A stretch of 64,000 bases of DNA from Dicyema japonicum (taxonomy: Eukaryota > Animalia > Dicyemida). Every line of letters begins with the position of its first letter. Position 1 is the stretch's first letter. Location: contig RDEW01000043.1 of NCBI GenBank assembly GCA_011109175.1, positions 372,001 through 436,000 on the forward strand. Direction: 5' to 3'. The notes below the pieces were generated by a model that was not told the origin of the DNA, did not search any database, and was given only the letters and a program-made list of their open reading frames with translations. The position numbers and the translations under genes were made by a program. This document shows positions 59,794-64,000 of the stretch, piece after piece.

Positions 59794-62540
59794 TTAGTCC
59801 AAGCGTCGAATCTGATTAATCCTCGGTTCCACAATGTACTTGACTGAGGGGAGAATCCTGTCCTCTTCTGTAATCAGGACATCATGCAGCTTTTTCCCCA
59901 AAACTAACTTTATTGCTGACCTTCTCGAATTTTCTAGAATTAACATTATTCTTTCCTTTTGTCGAAAGAAATACCATGCTTCACATCCGTATACTAACTC
60001 TGGTAGAATAATCTTCATGAAGATAAACAAGAAGGTCTCCAAGCTAACGGACAATTTGCTTGTACAGAGAATCGCTTTTAACGCCTTCTTCTTTCTTTGT
60101 CTAATATCCTCCATGAAAGAACCTTCCCCATCGATCCCGAGGTAGCGGAATGTACTTCGGAATACCAAGTGAGTAGGGCTGCGCATGATGTCTCCGTAGG
60201 CGACCAACCCTCAAGTAGCTGGACTTCTCAGTAGAGAGTCTCATCCCTCTCTTGGAGCACAAATCCTGCACTTGATCAATGAATAACTTGATTCTTTCTT
60301 TTGATAATGTTGACTTCCCAGACGTATCCGTAATCAGAATATCGTCTGCGTATATCATCAGTTTGGTGTTCATATCCGGCGGAATTGGGAAGTCTGACAA
60401 AAGCACATTGACAGAAACGGGCTCAAGACAGAGTCCTGTGGAACGCCCCTCTTCAACAGAATATTTTTTGACATATTTGCTCCAATAAGTTCTCTGGAAT
60501 TCGGTCCTGTCAGGAAGTCCTTTATCCATATGAAAAGTTTCTTTTGGATGTTAGCAGCCACTAGCCTTGATAGGAGGGTTTCGTGACACACGATATCGAA
60601 AGCCTTGGACAGGTCCAAACACACCAGGTTGACTTGCCTCTTGAATTCCAGACCTCTCAGTACCATCGAATGCACGTGGTGGATACAATCCGTGCAGGAT
60701 TTCCCAGGTCTAAAGCCACATTGTTCCGCGAGGAAAAAACAGCTCTCTTCCATGTGTTCGTTGAGTCTCTTTAAGATGATTCCCTAAGGAATCTTGAAGA
60801 TAGAGAAAATTAGGCTGATTGCCTACAGTTAAGGGGGTCTTTCCCCGACTTTCCTGGTTTAAGTATCATCCTGACAATAGAGGTTTTCCAGCGTTTTGGG
60901 ATATATCCATGATCAATGCTTGCGTTGAATAAGTTCTTCATCACGAGCAGCAGATCCTCTAGGCTTCCTTGAACAATCTCATGCTAATATGGTCATGTCC
61001 AGGGCGTAAGCTTTTCATGTTCAAATGGCAATCACAACATTTCCTGTCGTTATCTTTAAATCAATATCTTTGAGATGGTCCGGAAAATAGGTAAAAAGTT
61101 CTTGTGAAGCTCCCAGCTCTTCCCTCGCGATCAGCTCCATTGGGTTGATTCCCTGGATACGGTCTAGTTGCTTCTTAAAGATATCTGGGACTTCTTCCGT
61201 AGAACATGATCCACCTTCTGGCTTGGTCAAAGAGATTCTCATATCATTTCTTTTTTGGCCAGTTATTCTTTTGTAGATCTTACAGAACGAGGGGTCTTTG
61301 GTGTTTACTTTCTTGCCTCGACTCTCCAACATTGTTCTTGAGTCAGTCTTGTTTCCTCTTCAATGGCTTTTTTGATTAACTTCACTTGGCCGGTTAATGT
61401 AATCCGGTCCATCCAATCGACACATCTTCTGAGTTTGTTCTTCAGTCGGTTTCTTTCATTAATCATAGATAATGTAGAAGAAGAGAAATTGATGCTCTTC
61501 CTATGAATAGGACCAGAGAATCTCCTCCTTGTTTAAAATGATAAGTATCTCTCCATCATAATTGAAAAATCTCTGTCTATGTTGTCAATATCACTTTTAG
61601 AATAAGGTCCAGCCTTCCAGTTTTTGAGGAGCCATAACCTGTGAACACTGACTCCGTAGTATCCGGAGCCAGGTTCAGTGTCATTTCTTTAGGGATGTGG
61701 TCGCTCCTGATGTCCCACATGATCATCGGTCTCCCCACATAAATGTAGAGTAGTAGTGACAGGAGGAACACACCAAGCAAATCTCCACCGTGATGCGAGA
61801 AGTGATTTGGCTCCTCCTACATCATGATCTCAAAGCCAGTCTTATCACTCGATTTTCTTAGGCTGATTCTATCCTTGTTGGTCCCAAGGCATCCATATTT
61901 AATGTTCTTCGCATTTAGATCTCCCATTAAGACAGACATATCGCTTCCTGTGTATAATTTTTCAATTTCTGTGGAGCACCTTCTGAGGTCCTTTGAGTAC
62001 ATCCCTCCAACGTGTATCCAACACTCACAACAGCGCTCCTCGACGGAAACAAATTCACAATCTGTATTCATAATAACTTTTGGCTCACGTATCTGTAGAA
62101 CATCACTGTAGACAATGTGGTTCCAGTACCAGCCTCTGCACCTTCTACCCATGGTATTTCTATAGAATTATATCCCTGTAGTATTGTAGTGTTGGTCTTC
62201 TTCACCTTGGTCTCGTTGACCACCAGGATGTCAATCTTAGTGGACGACAGGAGTAGTGCCAGGTCATGACGGCTCTTCCTCAGAAATCGGGCGTTCACCA
62301 GCACTATCATCAGGTTTCTTTTCAATTTTCTTTAGGTGGCCCGGGCTCTTCATGGCCAGGTCCACCATTCTTCGTAAATCCACCCCGAGTATACCGCTTA
62401 GTTCTTTTAGTCTTGATGTTAATTCCTCCAGTTCTTTTGCGATTCTACCTGGTATCTTTCCTCTGGGTAGCCAGGCCGATTCTCGTGGATGAAGAGCTGG
62501 TTCATTCATGTTAATCGGCTCCTCCGACCTTGCCAATTAT
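59794..62540 (-). mobile_element. Near-full-length APE-RT LINE with many frameshifts
   Basis: VNAR...VNETK and GDLNA (APE); EQCGFRPGKS, DLSKAFD, GVPQDSVLSP and IYADD (RT); ILPELVYGCEAW; short upstream ORF 62264-62536. Confidence 0.9.
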
Positions 62541-62584
62541 TTTTTTGGGACTGGTGGTTCCACTTTGTTGGTTATTTTTATTTT

Positions 62585-63290
62585 TATTTAACCCAAGAAC
62601 ACCAATAGTTAATTTAATTGTATTAAACTAATTAGGTAATCCCGGCCGCCTCCATCAGGTCTCTCATCTTTTTCCGGTGGACCTTCCGAGATCCAACACA
62701 GCTTCTCTGAGGACGGGAGGGTTTTGAAAGAAATACAAGAGGGGTGATGTAAAGTCTTCTAGTAAGACCCAATCCATTAGAGCATTGTAGGAAGTTGGAT
62801 TTTCGGCACAGAGCGGCGAATCCCTTCCCATTTTGTCCGATAAGGTCTTCCAGAGAGGTGGGTGTGAGACTGACTGTTCTCACGAGCTTGCCGATAGTTG
62901 TAGCTGATAGGGACTGAATATCACTGATTTTCTGTTTGTTCGTCCAGGATAGGTTGATTCCCCAAGACGCACAGGCGTAGCTGATAGATGGCTCAATGAA
63001 TTGTTTATGTAGTAGTTTCAATGCTGGGAAAGGGGTTCTGATGCCACCAAAAATAGATTTGATCAAACCAAGCTTTCTTGAGCAGGTTCCGGAAATATAT
63101 TCGACATGAGGGGAGAAGGTCATGTGCGTGTCAAAGGCGACTCCTAAGATTTTCAATTTCTTCGTAAAAGGTATTTTAGTTTGGTTGATAAATAAATCAA
63201 CGGTCATTCTTCCAAGACGTTTGTCTGAGGTAAATAGGGATGTGGAGGACTTACCTAGGGCAACCAAAGTCAACAAAGTCAACTTGAGTT
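62585..63290 (-). mobile_element. 3' part of ...GIT* LINE
   Basis: ILGVAFDTHMTFSPH...IEPSISYAC...MRDLMEAAGIT*; tail TTGGTGTTCTTGGGTTAATAAA. Confidence 0.88.
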
Positions 63291-63358
63291 CTTTGTTTAA
63301 TTATAGTGTTAAAATGCTATTGATCAAATTATTTTAATAAAAATGTTTATGTAAAAAG

Positions 63359-64000
63359 CAGGGTTGTTAGATTTAAATCATTAGATTTTAATCAACAAAA
63401 AAATCAATAATTTAAATCATTAAAAATCATAAAAAATCATTTAAATTTTTTTAATGTCTGGACGAAAGCGTGATGCCTTGTGGGTTCACTTCGATAAACG
63501 TTTTATTCCTGGAAAGACCGGGAGTCGAGCCAGATGCCGTAATTGCGGGAAGGAGGTACAAGGTCTCGTATCTAGAATGAGACAGCATCATTTGTTATGA
63601 AAACTAATATTGATATCCCTGAAAATCTGTCGAAACCTGAAAGTGATTTGATCAGAGAATTCCTCCCAAGGACGAGGGACCAGTCTTTAATCATTTTCGT
63701 TACTACGACGACTTCATCGAAGAAAAATATGATATGCATCTCTCTAGATACATATATTCCAGTAACACTCTTTTTGCTGCTGTAGAACATCCGGAATTTG
63801 TCAAATTCGTCCAAATGCCTCTTCCTGGGTATCGTTTACCCTCTCGTCATCAAATTAATGGTCCATTGCTCGATCGTGTGTACGACCAAATACATGAAGA
63901 CTGTTGGCAAAGACTCCAGGACAAGACAGTGTCTATGATGTTGAACAGGTGGAGTAACATTCATAACGAACCTGTTATTTGTGTGTCAGTTGTAACATCG
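63359..64000 (+). mobile_element. hAT element 5' end with BED finger and DUF659-like transposase start (disrupted, runs off window)
   Basis: CAGGGTTG...ATTTAAATC terminus; LWVHF...ARCRNCGKEV...RMRQH; VEHPEFVKFV...PGYRLPSR. Confidence 0.8.

Noticed and set aside
1-64000. Alternative genetic code or prokaryotic/organellar origin
   Set aside because: TAA, TAG and TGA all behave as stops in conserved genes; in-frame stops are explained by introns or transposon decay; no rRNA, tRNA or operon structure seen.

Overview
AT-rich eukaryotic nuclear DNA, standard genetic code, with two assembly gaps (16758-17529, 20580-20745). Seven conserved genes are recognisable: IST1, a Nup50/Nup2/RanBP2-like RanBD protein, RPB6, RPL38, ARID2, an Ig-FN3 cell-surface protein and RPL23. 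A few further genes are unresolved. Except for IST1, the genes are split by very short GT-AG introns, mostly 22-26 nt, so the ORF track shows only fragments. The ARID2 and Ig-FN3 architectures point to an animal. Tiny introns plus divergent ribosomal proteins suggest a genome-reduced parasite such as a dicyemid (inference only). Most of the window is decayed transposons: APE-type LINEs (RTE-like and Jockey/L2-like), RLE-type CRE-like and R4-like elements, hAT, pogo/Tigger, MULE, a Ginger-like integrase, a MITE and LTR-like repeats. The best candidate for something new is a SINE-like retroposon in three copies. It has a 13-bp target-site duplication, a 3' end shared with a resident LINE family, and a ~60-nt core that covaries to keep an HDV-ribozyme-like pseudoknot. 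Also notable: a nucleoporin-like gene that grew by duplicating exon+mini-intron units, recurrent 1-nt deletions in otherwise intact genes (probably assembly error), and an unclassified repeated ORF. All gene models were spliced by eye; no searches or folding were run.
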